Of a stretch of DNA of 64,000 nucleotides, positions 9,647 through 19,493 are shown in pieces; positions within the stretch are counted from its first letter, which is position 1; every line of letters starts with the position of its first letter. Under the pieces are notes generated by a model. The model did not search any database. It was not told where the DNA came from and saw only the letters and a list, made by a program, of their open reading frames with translations. The translations under genes and the position numbers were made by a program. This stretch comes from Legionella sp. (GTDB taxonomy: Bacteria; Pseudomonadota; Gammaproteobacteria; Legionellales; Legionellaceae): NCBI GenBank assembly GCA_041662885.1, contig JBAZRP010000002.1, positions 14,118 through 78,117 of the forward strand. Reading direction: 5' to 3'.

Positions 9647-10183
9647 ATGATAAGTTACACAGCCCTTACAGATATAGCTGCAATGGATTTTCAACAAATG
9701 CGAGTTCTAGAAGCACCTGGCGGTACGCGAGCATCTGATGAGGCAATTACTTTTTTTGTAGTTAAACTGAATGAATTTTTTAAACAATTTCAAGATCATC
9801 CTACATCACAAGAATTAACTTTATTTCAACAGTATATGAATCAAATTGTTGAAAGCATTAATAAATCCGAGCTGCAGTATTATAAAAGTAAATATACAGC
9901 AGAAGGGATCGAAGAGGCGCAAGCGCAGTCTATGGCTGAAATGAACCAGGTTGGGCATTTTAAAGACATACCTAAGAGGATGCAATATTGGGCTGCTTCT
10001 AGTGAATTAGGTGGTGCAATACGTAACCCCAAAGAGCACAATGCAGCACAAAAGAAAATAAGTGAATGGTATAATATGATTTTGCAGATGCCATCGCCTC
10101 TGTTCTTTCAAAACGAAAATGTGAATGTGAATGTCCAGCAACAACCGACTCAATACAACAACTTTGACAATAGCTTTTCTTAG
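9647..10183 (+). CDS. Hypothetical protein (orphan; effector-like)
   Basis: 178-aa ORF with an 'agaggaatataaATG' ribosome-binding context. No family recognised. It has a Gln/Asn-rich C-terminus (…NVNVNVQQQPTQYNNFDNSFS). Confidence 0.6.
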   Translation: MISYTALTDIAAMDFQQMRVLEAPGGTRASDEAITFFVVKLNEFFKQFQDHPTSQELTLFQQYMNQIVESINKSELQYYKSKYTAEGIEEAQAQSMAEMNQVGHFKDIPKRMQYWAASSELGGAIRNPKEHNAAQKKISEWYNMILQMPSPLFFQNENVNVNVQQQPTQYNNFDNSFS

Positions 10184-10273
10184 TACATAATTCATTTTTT
10201 AAGCCAGCGCCTGCGACTCTCAACGACATAAAGGAATCTCAGGCGATAAACAGTATTGTGTAAGAAGCACTTT

Positions 10274-11137
10274 TTAATGCATCAATTGGCTTAAAATAGT
10301 TTCTAATTCATTAGCACTTTCATAATGAATTACTAAACTTCCCTTGCCGGTCTTGCCTGATTTTACTAATACTTTGGTGCGTAAGTGGTGCGCCAACGCT
10401 TTAATTTCATCTTTATAAAGCGGTGTTTTTTCTTCGGGGATAGTTTTTTCAGGTATGCCCGCTTTTACTCGTTCCACTAATTTTTCCGTTTCACGAACGG
10501 ATAAGTTTTTTGCAATAATAATTTGTGCGACTTGCAGTTGTTGGTCTTCATCCAACATTAATAAAGCGCGAGCATGTCCCATATCTAAATCGCCATGTTC
10601 TAATAGTTTTTTTACTGAATGCGATAGGGACATCAAACGTAAAAAATTACTCACAGCAGTTCTTGATTTGCTGACTACTTCTGCCACTTGTTGGTGCGTT
10701 AAATTAAATTCAGTGGTTAAGCGATGCATCGCGCGTGCTTGGTCCATAGCATTTAAATCTTCGCGTTGTAAATTTTCAATCAAGGCCATGGCCATAGCCG
10801 TTTCATCATCTACTTGTTTGACAACTACTGGGACTTCGGTGAGGCCTGCGATTTGACTGGCGCGCCAACGTCTTTCACCGGCAATGATTTCATAACGCCC
10901 ATCAGCTAACTCGCGTACTATTAAAGCTTGCAAAACGCCTTGTTGTTTAATTGATTGTGCTAATTCATTTAAAGCATTTTCTTCCATTTCACCACGGGGC
11001 TGGTATTTTCCTGGCTGAAGACAAGTAACCGCAAGTTTTAAATTGTGTACCGCTGGCTTATCATTTAATACCGCATTGCCGCTTTGACTTAATAAGGCGG
11101 ATAAATTACGTCCCAAACCACTACGTTTCACTGTCAT
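10274..11137 (-). CDS. parB: Chromosome partitioning protein ParB
   Basis: ParB motifs 'GLGRNLSALL', 'IIAGERRWRAS' and an HTH region. The track starts at a TTG (11149). I prefer the in-frame ATG at 11137 (MTVKRSGLGRNL…), as in ParB homologues. Confidence 0.93.
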   Translation of the reverse strand: MTVKRSGLGRNLSALLSQSGNAVLNDKPAVHNLKLAVTCLQPGKYQPRGEMEENALNELAQSIKQQGVLQALIVRELADGRYEIIAGERRWRASQIAGLTEVPVVVKQVDDETAMAMALIENLQREDLNAMDQARAMHRLTTEFNLTHQQVAEVVSKSRTAVSNFLRLMSLSHSVKKLLEHGDLDMGHARALLMLDEDQQLQVAQIIIAKNLSVRETEKLVERVKAGIPEKTIPEEKTPLYKDEIKALAHHLRTKVLVKSGKTGKGSLVIHYESANELETILSQLMH

Positions 11138-11150
11138 AAATGTCCCCAAA

Positions 11151-11921
11151 TTAGCTTGCTACAGTTTGCTTACTCAATATTTCTGAAGCCAGTACCATAT
11201 AGGCAGCGGCACCTGGTGATGTTTTGTCATAAAATAAGGCAGGTAAACCATGACTTGGTGCTTCTGCAAGCCTTACATTTCGCGGAATAACAGTACGATA
11301 TACTTTAGAAGGAAAGTGTTCTAATAATTGTTTTGATACATCCGAGCATAAGCGGTTACGCGAATCGTACATGGTGCGCAAGACACCTTCAAGTTGTAGG
11401 CGTGGATTAACCGAAGCCTGCACTTGTTCAATAGTTGATAATAAAGCAGCCAAACCTTCCAAGGCATAATATTCACACTGCATGGGAATTAATACTGAAT
11501 CAGCAGCAACAAAGGCATTGATGGTCAAAGTATTTAAGGCCGGTGGAGAATCAATAAAAATATAATCGTATGTACTCTGCAGAGATTGTAAGGATTTAAA
11601 CAAAAAAGTTTCACGATGGTCTCTATCCATCAGACTTACTTCGGCAACAGTTAAATCACCATTTCCTGGAATTAAATCATAACCACAGGCAGTCACCAAA
11701 ACGGCTTGTTCAGCCAGACAATCATGCAAGAGTACATCATTGGTAGTATGCACTAATTGATTTTTATCCACACCACTACCCATGGTAGCATTTCCCTGCG
11801 GATCTAAATCGATTAATAATACTCGCTGCTGATTGGCGGCAAGTGAGGCAGCTAGATTAATGGCGGTAGTGGTTTTGCCCACTCCTCCTTTTTGATTGGC
11901 AATGGCTATAACTTTCGCCAT
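11151..11921 (-). CDS. parA: Chromosome partitioning ATPase ParA/Soj
   Basis: Deviant Walker A 'NQKGGVGKTTT'. 256 aa, immediately upstream of parB. Confidence 0.95.
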   Translation of the reverse strand: MAKVIAIANQKGGVGKTTTAINLAASLAANQQRVLLIDLDPQGNATMGSGVDKNQLVHTTNDVLLHDCLAEQAVLVTACGYDLIPGNGDLTVAEVSLMDRDHRETFLFKSLQSLQSTYDYIFIDSPPALNTLTINAFVAADSVLIPMQCEYYALEGLAALLSTIEQVQASVNPRLQLEGVLRTMYDSRNRLCSDVSKQLLEHFPSKVYRTVIPRNVRLAEAPSHGLPALFYDKTSPGAAAYMVLASEILSKQTVAS

Positions 11922-11923
11922 GT

Positions 11924-12550
11924 TTATTCCTTGGTTGTATTTTCAATTAATACACAGCACCGTTCGCCTGTTACACCTTCAACGGTGTAAGATTTGACTT
12001 GGTAGTTTTGATTTATGGAAGGTAATTCCGTATCAGGATAACGTCCTTTCATGGCCAACCAAATACCTTTTTCAGCAATGAGGTGTTTGGTCCAATAAAT
12101 CATTTGCTCAAGACTACTAAATGCTCGGCTTACTACTGTATCAAAACCTTGGTCCGGGTGGTAGTTTTCGACTCTAATTTGTACGATTTCAATATTGTTT
12201 ATTTTTAGTTGGCGTTTAACTTCATTCAAAAAGCGAATTTTTTTACCATTTGCATCCAATAATACAAACTGTAGTTCGGGTTTTGCTAGTGCAAGTGGAA
12301 TTCCGGGTAATCCGGGTCCGGTACCAACATCGATTATTTTATTGCCATGTAACCAGGGAATAATTGCTAAACTGTCTAATAAATGTTTGGCTATCATATC
12401 TTCTGGTTCGCGAATGGCGGTCAGATTATACGCTTGATTCCATTTATTGAGTAATAGCAAATACTGAAACAAGGGTTGACTTAGATGCGTACGATTAAAT
12501 TGCTCTAATCCTTGATTCAATAAACTTTGTAGTGCGTTTTCATCCATCAT
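11924..12550 (-). CDS. rsmG: 16S rRNA (guanine527-N7)-methyltransferase RsmG (GidB)
   Basis: 208 aa with the SAM motif '[16 protein letters not shown]'. The mnmG-rsmG-parA-parB order is conserved. Confidence 0.93.
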   Translation of the reverse strand: MMDENALQSLLNQGLEQFNRTHLSQPLFQYLLLLNKWNQAYNLTAIREPEDMIAKHLLDSLAIIPWLHGNKIIDVGTGPGLPGIPLALAKPELQFVLLDANGKKIRFLNEVKRQLKINNIEIVQIRVENYHPDQGFDTVVSRAFSSLEQMIYWTKHLIAEKGIWLAMKGRYPDTELPSINQNYQVKSYTVEGVTGERCCVLIENTTKE

Positions 12551-14421
12551 GCATTAAGCCGATTTTTTTTCAAATGAACCAGTAACAAGGACAAGGCTGC
12601 AGGAGTAATGCCTGAAATACGACCCGCTTGAGCCAAGGTTTTTGGTTTAATTTTGTTTAGCTTTTGGATTACTTCAGCAGACAAACCACTTACCTGGCTG
12701 TACTCTATCGATTCAGGTAGCAAGATATTTTCATTTTTGCGTAGTTGCGCTATGTCTTGTTGTTGTCTTTCTATATAGCCGGCATATTTAGTTTGAATTT
12801 CTACTTGCTCTGCTATTTCAAGAGGAAGTTCGGGCAAATTTAAATCGCTTAATTTTAATAAGTGCTGGTAATTAATTTCGGGTCGCTTTAAAAATTCAGA
12901 AGCCTTATTATCATGAGCAATAGGTTTATCAAGGATATCTTTCAACGCTTCGCTGTGGCTTACGCGCACCCAAGTAGTATGTAATAGATTTTGTGTGGCT
13001 TCAATGTGTTCGCGCTTTTTGGAAAAAGCTTCCCAGCGTTGGTCTGTAACCAAGCCTAATTCACGACCTTTTTCAGTTAAACGTAAATCAGCATTATCTT
13101 CACGTAACAGTAAGCGATATTCTGCGCGTGAAGTAAACATGCGGTAGGGTTCTTGAGTGCCGCAAGTGATTAAATCATCTATGAGCACGCCTATATACGC
13201 TTCATCGCGACGCGGACACCAAAGTTCTTTTCCTTGAACTTGTAAAGCGGCATTCATTCCAGCAATAATTCCTTGTGCTGCAGCTTCTTCATAACCGGTG
13301 GTACCGTTAATTTGTCCTGCAAAAAATAAATTGGGAATGGCTTTAGTTTGTAAAAAAGCAGTCAGTCCACGTGGATCAAAATAATCGTATTCTATTGCAT
13401 AGCCAGGCCGGGTTATGTGGGCGTTTTCAAAGCCTTTAATAGTGCGCACAAATTGGATTTGTACATCAAAAGGCAGGCTGGTGGAAATGCCATTGGGATA
13501 AATTTCTTCAGTGGTTAAACCTTCTGGCTCCACAAAAATCTGATGGGATAATTTATCCGCAAAACGCACTACTTTGTCCTCAATGGAAGGACAATAACGT
13601 GGGCCAATGCCTTCAATAACGCCAGCATACATCGGTGATTGGTGCAAATTAGCGCGAATTACTTCGTGGGTTTTTTCTGTGGTATGCGTAATATGGCAGG
13701 CGATTTGTTGTGGATGATCGTCAATACTGCCTAAATATGAAAATACTGGCAAAGGAGTATCTCCTGGTTGCACAGTCATTTGTGAATAATCTAAAGAACG
13801 TCTGTCAATTCGTGGTGGGGTGCCCGTTTTTAAGCGACCTACGGGAAGATCTAAATCACGCAAGCTATTGGCCAAGGCTATAGATGGCGGATCACCTGCC
13901 CGTCCACCGGCATATTGGCTCATGCCCACATGGATTTTACCGCCAAGAAAGGTTCCAACAGTAAGAACTACTGCTTGTGCGCGTAGCGTGTAACCCATTT
14001 GGGTAACGACACCAGTAACGCGGCCGTTTTCAATAATGAGATCATCAACAGCTTGTTGAAATAAAATCAGATTTTCTTGGTTTTGTAATTGTTCTCTTAT
14101 GGCTTGTCGATAAAGCACTCGGTCAGCTTGAGCACGAGTGGCACGAACTGCTGGTCCTTTAGAGGCATTTAGTATGCGAAATTGAATACCTGCTTTATCC
14201 GCGGCTTTAGCCATGGCACCATCCAGGGCATCGATTTCTTTGACCAAATGGCCCTTGCCAATCCCACCGATAGCAGGATTGCAGGACATTTGTCCTAATA
14301 AATCCATATTATGGGTAAGCAACAGAGTTTGCATGCCCATACGCGCTGCGGCTAGGGCCGCCTCAGTCCCAGCATGTCCGCCACCGACCACAATGACGTC
14401 GTAAAGTAGTTCAAGATTCAT
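12547..14421 (-). CDS. mnmG: tRNA uridine 5-carboxymethylaminomethyl modification enzyme MnmG (GidA)
   Basis: 624 aa with the FAD motif '[15 protein letters not shown]' and MnmG similarity along the full length. Confidence 0.97.
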   Translation of the reverse strand: MNLELLYDVIVVGGGHAGTEAALAAARMGMQTLLLTHNMDLLGQMSCNPAIGGIGKGHLVKEIDALDGAMAKAADKAGIQFRILNASKGPAVRATRAQADRVLYRQAIREQLQNQENLILFQQAVDDLIIENGRVTGVVTQMGYTLRAQAVVLTVGTFLGGKIHVGMSQYAGGRAGDPPSIALANSLRDLDLPVGRLKTGTPPRIDRRSLDYSQMTVQPGDTPLPVFSYLGSIDDHPQQIACHITHTTEKTHEVIRANLHQSPMYAGVIEGIGPRYCPSIEDKVVRFADKLSHQIFVEPEGLTTEEIYPNGISTSLPFDVQIQFVRTIKGFENAHITRPGYAIEYDYFDPRGLTAFLQTKAIPNLFFAGQINGTTGYEEAAAQGIIAGMNAALQVQGKELWCPRRDEAYIGVLIDDLITCGTQEPYRMFTSRAEYRLLLREDNADLRLTEKGRELGLVTDQRWEAFSKKREHIEATQNLLHTTWVRVSHSEALKDILDKPIAHDNKASEFLKRPEINYQHLLKLSDLNLPELPLEIAEQVEIQTKYAGYIERQQQDIAQLRKNENILLPESIEYSQVSGLSAEVIQKLNKIKPKTLAQAGRISGITPAALSLLLVHLKKNRLNA

Positions 14422-14454
14422 AAGTGCTTAATAAGATGTGTAGCAAAAAGTGTA

Positions 14455-14462
14455 ATTATACA
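14455..14462 (-). promoter_or_regulatory. Candidate extended -10 element (TGTATAAT on the minus strand) upstream of mnmG, inside a 10-bp-stem palindrome
   Basis: The minus strand reads 'aaaaagTGTATAATtacacttttt', about 35 nt upstream of the mnmG ATG. Sequence pattern only. Confidence 0.3.
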
Positions 14463-14522
14463 CTTTTTTGGCAATTTTCCCAAGGGGAAATAAAATAGAA
14501 TACCCCAGGTCAATGACCCAAC

Positions 14523-16361
14523 CTACATGTCACTAGCTGGCTTAGGAACAGGACCCACTTCATTTACCTCTGTAAGATTATCAAAGAAGCTATTTTTGGC
14601 AGCTGCTGGTTTTTTATCTAGCATAGTTGGGGTGATGAGTACCTGTTGATATTCAGCTTCAGGAAAATCAGGGTTCATTTTTTTAGTTTTATAAAGATCT
14701 TCTATCATCCTATTGGTAGCAATGGCTATAACTAAAGCCATGCCGATTATAGGTAATCCAATACCAAAAGGTAAAAATACCAAACTAACTAAAATAAGCG
14801 CCGGCATTACCGCTTGCATTATTACTTTTCGGTAGAAATGCATGGTTTGATAAACCACTTTTTGTTCTTGAAAATGTGTTTCTGCTTGCGCTTGCTTAAT
14901 TTCCAGGAATAAAAAGCGCAATTTGGTGTCCTCTTCGGGATGTTCTCTCAACAGATCCTGGAATGCTTTAATTTTAATAGAATAATTTCTTTCGGAGTCT
15001 TTAACGAAGTCTTTGGTTTTACTTATTTCAAGGCCAGCAGTCACGGCATTATAAATAACAGAAAAGACGAAACATAATATGGCACCGGTAATGCTGACGG
15101 CTAAAATAGCCGGTCCGGTATAAGGTAAGAGAGGTAAAATTAATAAGGCAAAGGCTATTAATAACCCTAGTGCATAGGCAGAATCATTTTTTAAAGTAAG
15201 TACTTTATAATGCCACTCTTTATCTAATTGGTTTTTAGCTTGTTGTAAATCGTATATTTGTAACCTGTATTCTTTAATTCGTAGCGATTTCAACTCTTCT
15301 GCTAAATCTGGGTTGTGGTACATCACGTCGATTATTTTAGCTTCTAAAATGCGAATTTGTTTTTTATAGTGTTCTGTTTGCGCATTATATTCAGTCTGCT
15401 GTTCTCTAAACGACCAAAGTGAGGCACCCAAATCAAAACATAATAAACCAAGAGTCAATACATCGCCCCAGGGACCTAAACCAGTTTTAGCAGTGAGCCA
15501 GAAGAAACAAGCCAAGTTGCAGGTAGCCCATAAAGAATCGTTAAGAAGGGCAAATTTTCGCAAGTCCCATTGGGTCCAAAAGCGTTTTCTCCAGGGAATT
15601 TTCCTTTCTTCAGCCGACATCCAAGGACCGGCAACAGTATGTTTTAAAAATAAATTTAAATGGACTGCAAATCGAAAATAATACAAAGACCAACTTAAAA
15701 TTCCGGTGTAGGGATCGGGGGTATGCAATAAATTGGAAGTTTTATTTACATTAAAAAAATCAGGCGGCAAGACATCTAAAATAGTTTTAATAAAACTAGA
15801 ACCCCATACCCAATAAAGTCGTCTTTCATTGATCCAGTTCATTTTGTCAATGAGCTCGCCGGATTGTTTGTCCAATTCGGAGGTTTTGCCGCCTATCCAA
15901 TCCACCATTTTTTGCGCTACTTCTTTTCCCACACCTAAACCCAGGTATTTCATGATTTGTTCTGGGGATAAATTTTTTTGTGCTGCAGATTGACTGGCTT
16001 TTTTCGGATCTAATAGGTCTAAAAACCGTATGCATTGGTTGATTTTTTTATAATATTTGTTTTGTTTTCTTGAGTCTTTCATCTCAAATTCGTGCTTCTT
16101 TTGAACCAGCAAGAGTAAGTAGGTAATTTGCAGATGACGTCTTAGTTTGTTTTTATCTTCTTCAGACATGTATTTGATTAGAAAGGCATTTGTATTCTTT
16201 AAAATATCCAAATAGTAGCTCAATGGAGTGAAAAACCCACCATTGTTTACTAATTGCTCTTGTAAAGGAGCTATGAAGTCCTCTTCCAGTGACTTTGTGC
16301 TGGGTTTGGGACCGGAAATTTCCTCTATAAAATGTGCAATTATTTTGCTATCTACTGCCAT
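14523..16361 (-). CDS. Hypothetical membrane/coiled-coil protein (orphan; effector-like)
   Basis: 612-aa ORF with three paired-helix hydrophobic blocks (e.g. 'YALGLLIAFALLILPLLPYTGPAILAVSITGAILCFVFSVIY') separated by coiled-coil-like stretches. No family recognised. Confidence 0.75.
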   Translation of the reverse strand: MAVDSKIIAHFIEEISGPKPSTKSLEEDFIAPLQEQLVNNGGFFTPLSYYLDILKNTNAFLIKYMSEEDKNKLRRHLQITYLLLLVQKKHEFEMKDSRKQNKYYKKINQCIRFLDLLDPKKASQSAAQKNLSPEQIMKYLGLGVGKEVAQKMVDWIGGKTSELDKQSGELIDKMNWINERRLYWVWGSSFIKTILDVLPPDFFNVNKTSNLLHTPDPYTGILSWSLYYFRFAVHLNLFLKHTVAGPWMSAEERKIPWRKRFWTQWDLRKFALLNDSLWATCNLACFFWLTAKTGLGPWGDVLTLGLLCFDLGASLWSFREQQTEYNAQTEHYKKQIRILEAKIIDVMYHNPDLAEELKSLRIKEYRLQIYDLQQAKNQLDKEWHYKVLTLKNDSAYALGLLIAFALLILPLLPYTGPAILAVSITGAILCFVFSVIYNAVTAGLEISKTKDFVKDSERNYSIKIKAFQDLLREHPEEDTKLRFLFLEIKQAQAETHFQEQKVVYQTMHFYRKVIMQAVMPALILVSLVFLPFGIGLPIIGMALVIAIATNRMIEDLYKTKKMNPDFPEAEYQQVLITPTMLDKKPAAAKNSFFDNLTEVNEVGPVPKPASDM

Positions 16362-16567
16362 AAAAAAAGCCTTTGTTGGTACTGGTTATTGATTTTAAGG
16401 GCGCTAATTGTAAACCTGTTCTTTTTTATAGCATAGCACTAATTTTGAGAACCAGTGGTTAAGGGCTTGTTTTACATTATTGATACTTTTCTTGGTACTT
16501 GCTTTGCAGTCTTATTAGTTACTTATCAATTAATATGGCATAATTGGTTCCTTTTAAGAGGTATTAA

Positions 16568-17245
16568 ATGAAAAAGGCGGTAATTTTAGTCTCAGGAGGC
16601 CTTGATTCGGCAACGTGCTTGGCTTTGGCTAAATCCAAAGGCTTTCAATGCTATGCCTTAAGCTTTTCCTACGGCCAAAGACATTCAGCTGAATTAGTTG
16701 CTGCACAACGTGTTGCACAGGCAGTTGGTGTTGTAGATCATAAAATAATTACACTTGATGTAAGCCTTTTCGCCAATTCAGCTTTAACTAATACAGACCT
16801 GGACGTTCCTGAATACCAAGAGAGTAGTGACATCCCAGTAACTTATGTGCCTGCACGAAATACTATTTTTCTCGCACTTGCTTTAGGCTTTGCAGAATCC
16901 ATTGGGGCCCAGGCGATTTTTATAGGTGCCAGCTCTATTGATTATTCTCATTACCCAGATTGTCGCCCTGAGTTTATAGAAGCATTTCAAAATGTAGCCA
17001 ATTTGGGAACCAAGGCTGCTGTAGAAGGCTCACCAATTAAAATAGTTGCACCTTTACAGTATTTAAGTAAGATTGAAACAATTCAATTAGGTATTCAATT
17101 AGGTGTTGATTACAGTCTGACTGTATCGTGTTATCAGGCTAATGCGGCAGGTCAGGCTTGTGGTACTTGTGATAGTTGTACGTTTAGAAAAAAAGGATTT
17201 ATTGGAGCTGGGGTCGCGGATCCTACCGTTTATCAGGAGTTCTAA
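16568..17245 (+). CDS. queC: 7-cyano-7-deazaguanine synthase QueC
   Basis: 225 aa with PP-loop '[10 protein letters not shown]' and the C-terminal Zn cluster 'CGTCDSC'. Confidence 0.95.
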   Translation: MKKAVILVSGGLDSATCLALAKSKGFQCYALSFSYGQRHSAELVAAQRVAQAVGVVDHKIITLDVSLFANSALTNTDLDVPEYQESSDIPVTYVPARNTIFLALALGFAESIGAQAIFIGASSIDYSHYPDCRPEFIEAFQNVANLGTKAAVEGSPIKIVAPLQYLSKIETIQLGIQLGVDYSLTVSCYQANAAGQACGTCDSCTFRKKGFIGAGVADPTVYQEF

Positions 17246-17246
17246 C

Positions 17247-17774
17247 ATGTGGCTTAAGATCAAGAGCTGGATAATTCATCATAAATTTTTTCTGATTGCA
17301 TTACTTAGCGTTTTTTTGATTGCAGGCCTTAGTATTCCCTTATTTTGTTTGTGTTATCCTGCCGTATTAACTACTATCATTAACTTCACATTTTTTGGTT
17401 GGCCACCATTGGCTTTTTTAGGCAGTATTAGTTTGCCGGCAGCATTATCAGCTCTTGCTTTTATTGCTGGTTCCATTGCATCAACGGCATTGACCGGTGT
17501 TCTGTTTTTAGCAGTACAGATTAAAACTATAGTGCAGCATAGTATTTTATTATTTGCTAAGGAAGAGCCGCTTGTGACTGCCTCTCCTTATATTAATAAA
17601 CATTTAAACACAGAAATAGCTTATGTATATGATAATGAGTTTATGGATGAATTTGTTGCTGAAGAAAAAAGTGAGGAAAATAAAAACACTTCTGAACCAG
17701 AGATAGATAGAGATGAAAAAGAAAATTTGGAGGATTCAGATATAGATAGTAAATCTTTTTCACCTAACATATAA
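17247..17774 (+). CDS. Small membrane protein with hydrophobic hairpin and acidic C-terminus (orphan)
   Basis: Track ORF 17142..17774 overlaps queC. The in-frame ATG at 17247 (MWLKIKSW…), 2 nt after the queC stop, is the plausible start. Paired TM helices are followed by an 'EEKSEENKNTSEPEIDRDEKENLEDSDIDSKSFSPNI' tail. Confidence 0.65.
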   Translation: MWLKIKSWIIHHKFFLIALLSVFLIAGLSIPLFCLCYPAVLTTIINFTFFGWPPLAFLGSISLPAALSALAFIAGSIASTALTGVLFLAVQIKTIVQHSILLFAKEEPLVTASPYINKHLNTEIAYVYDNEFMDEFVAEEKSEENKNTSEPEIDRDEKENLEDSDIDSKSFSPNI

Positions 17775-17950
17775 GCTGTGTTTAATCTAATGTTTTTACA
17801 AAATGATTTAGCAAAAATCTCATGGATAATAAAAAAACCACGGACAATCTAATTTACAATTTTGTTACAAAATACTGCGCATTTTTGGTTCATTTACAGC
17901 AATCTCATTGCTATACTGCGTTTGGAATTATAACCTTGGAGTAATAAATA

Positions 17951-18631
17951 ATGTCTATATTGAAAACTGTTTACGGTTTGCCAGGAGATTTTGCTGAAGC
18001 TATTAGTCACATCTTTTTTGGTAATGAAAAAGCTGAGTTTGCTGAAGAAACCCCTAAAATCATTAAGGATTTAGTTAAAGGCGGTATAGTTGGTTCTGTA
18101 TTAAAGTTTGCTTATTTCATTTCACAATCTGTTTCAGACGCTGTTGCAAAGCACAAATCTGCAATCAGTCTTGCATTTTGGATAGGAATTGGCGTTGCTG
18201 CTGCTGTTGCAATTGCTGGCGCAGTTATTGCTGGATTCTACCCAGCTCTTTTAGCTACTATCACTGGCTTTAGCTTGTACGGAATTTCTATCGCTGGCTT
18301 AGCAGGTGCTAATGTTATCGCACAAATTGCTGTAGCTGCTGGTTTAGCCGCTGCTGCTGCTAACGTTGCCACTTGGGTTGGTGCTGCGATTGTTAACGCT
18401 ATCACTTGGACAATTTCTTTAGTTGTACCATCTAAAGATGCTAAAGTAGATCAAAAAGATGATGCTGACTTTGTTGTTACGAACCAAATGAGCCAGTTAA
18501 CTGCTGTAAATAGCAAAGTAAATGCTAACACAAATAACGTAGCTCCATTGCACACAAACATGTATGCTAAGAAAGCTGAAGAACAAACTCAAGAACTTGA
18601 GAAGTCTTCTGCAAATAGCTTCAGTGCTTAA
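17951..18631 (+). CDS. Ala/Gly-rich membrane protein (orphan), distant paralogue of 17247..17774
   Basis: 226 aa with 'ggagtaataaataATG' context. The central Ala/Gly/Ile-rich hydrophobic block contains 'FYPALLATITGF', compared with 'CYPAVLTTIINF' in the upstream gene. A strong terminator follows. Confidence 0.7.
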   Translation: MSILKTVYGLPGDFAEAISHIFFGNEKAEFAEETPKIIKDLVKGGIVGSVLKFAYFISQSVSDAVAKHKSAISLAFWIGIGVAAAVAIAGAVIAGFYPALLATITGFSLYGISIAGLAGANVIAQIAVAAGLAAAAANVATWVGAAIVNAITWTISLVVPSKDAKVDQKDDADFVVTNQMSQLTAVNSKVNANTNNVAPLHTNMYAKKAEEQTQELEKSSANSFSA

Positions 18632-18642
18632 TTGTATTGTGG

Positions 18643-18676
18643 AAAAAAACGCGGCTTAGGCCGCGTTTTTTGTTTT
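18643..18676. terminator. Rho-independent (bidirectional) terminator between 17951..18631 (+) and ubiX (-)
   Basis: 'aaaaaaaCGCGGCttagGCCGCGttttttgttttt': a GC-rich 6-bp stem with a 4-nt loop, flanked by an A-run and a T-run. Confidence 0.85.
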
Positions 18677-19248
18677 TATTCCCAGCGTTTCACTAATCCA
18701 CTATCTAAATCAAAAAGATCCAACACTCTACCTACAGTATCGTCTACTAAATCAGCTATAGTTTGGGGTTTGGTATAAAAAGCAGGTACTGGTGGAAAAA
18801 TGATACCGCCCATTTGCGTAATCGCTACCATATTATTTAGATGGCCTAAATGTAAAGGCGTTTCACGGGGCAACAGTACCAGTTTGCGTCGTTCTTTAAG
18901 AACCACATCTGCAGCTCTAGTTAATAAACTACTACATACACCACTAGCAATTTCACCTAAGGTTTTCATAGAACAAGGAGCAATGATCATGCCCATGGTT
19001 TTAAATGAGCCACTGGCAATCGATGCCGTAATGTCGGCACATGGGTGATACACATCAGCTAAAGCTTTAAGTTCAGCTACAGATAAATCCGTTTCATAGG
19101 CGCGGGTTAATTGGCCGGCCTTGCTTACAACTAAATGAGTTTCAATAGCCAGCTTCTTTAATTCTTCTAAAAGGCGAATGCCATAAACAATCCCTGAAGA
19201 ACCGCTGATGCCTATAATAAGTCGAGGTTTAGTGCTCATTGGTGTCAC
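18676..19248 (-). CDS. ubiX: Flavin prenyltransferase UbiX
   Basis: 190 aa. 'RLIIGISGSSGIVYGIRLLE' and the overall sequence are typical of the UbiX/Pad1 family. Confidence 0.93.
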   Translation of the reverse strand: MTPMSTKPRLIIGISGSSGIVYGIRLLEELKKLAIETHLVVSKAGQLTRAYETDLSVAELKALADVYHPCADITASIASGSFKTMGMIIAPCSMKTLGEIASGVCSSLLTRAADVVLKERRKLVLLPRETPLHLGHLNNMVAITQMGGIIFPPVPAFYTKPQTIADLVDDTVGRVLDLFDLDSGLVKRWE

Positions 19249-19324
19249 TTATAATGGTATTTGTTTATATAATAGCAAATTAGTGAGTATAGGACAAAAA
19301 TAGCATCTCACCGAAGAAATTAGT

Positions 19325-19344
19325 GTAGGTTGGGTCTTGGCCCA
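19325..19344. repeat. Half copy of the 'gtaggttgggc' REP family
   Basis: 'gtaggttgggtcttggccca' in the ubiX/metG divergent intergenic region. The right arm is decayed. Confidence 0.5.
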
Positions 19345-19493
19345 TTGCCCAGTTTCCATTTGGTACGTTAGCCTGAGCAAAGCGAAGGATGACGTGTAGA
19401 GAGAAAGCTCGATGCTGGTATTGTTTTGTCCCTATTTTTGTTTTTGGTTTTAGGCTATAATTCCTGAATTTTAAGCAAAGAGCCCATTATTTT

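Noticed and set aside
10455-10856. 133-aa ORF antisense to parB. Similar long antisense ORFs lie at 24539-25036 in glmU, 49496-50128 in the RND permease, 37857-38207 in the epimerase, and there are many 60-100-aa ones.
   Set aside because: They lie entirely inside genes with strong family signatures on the opposite strand. Their products are low-complexity and Ser/Cys/Ala/Lys-rich, and they lack ribosome-binding sites. These are shadow ORFs.
14422-16567. Possible oriC next to mnmG (gidA)/parAB.
   Set aside because: The 100-nt mnmG upstream gap and the 206-nt gap at 16362-16567 contain no cluster of TTATCCACA-like DnaA boxes or AT-rich 13-mer arrays. Isolated perfect TTATCCACA matches occur only inside coding sequence (ptsP ~28993, RND permease ~49076).
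16362-16567. preQ1 riboswitch upstream of queC.
   Set aside because: I could not find the conserved preQ1-I/II core sequence or a compatible hairpin. queC is not usually riboswitch-controlled in gammaproteobacteria. An Rfam scan would settle it.
17142-17246. N-terminal extensions in the ORF track: 17142-17246 overlapping queC, 27813-27875 for rppH, 58607-58660 for the CHR gene, 11138-11149 for parB and 50908-50922 for the RND permease.
   Set aside because: The extensions use non-ATG starts, overlap upstream genes or REP elements, and are absent from the N-termini expected for the families. Internal ATG starts were chosen instead.
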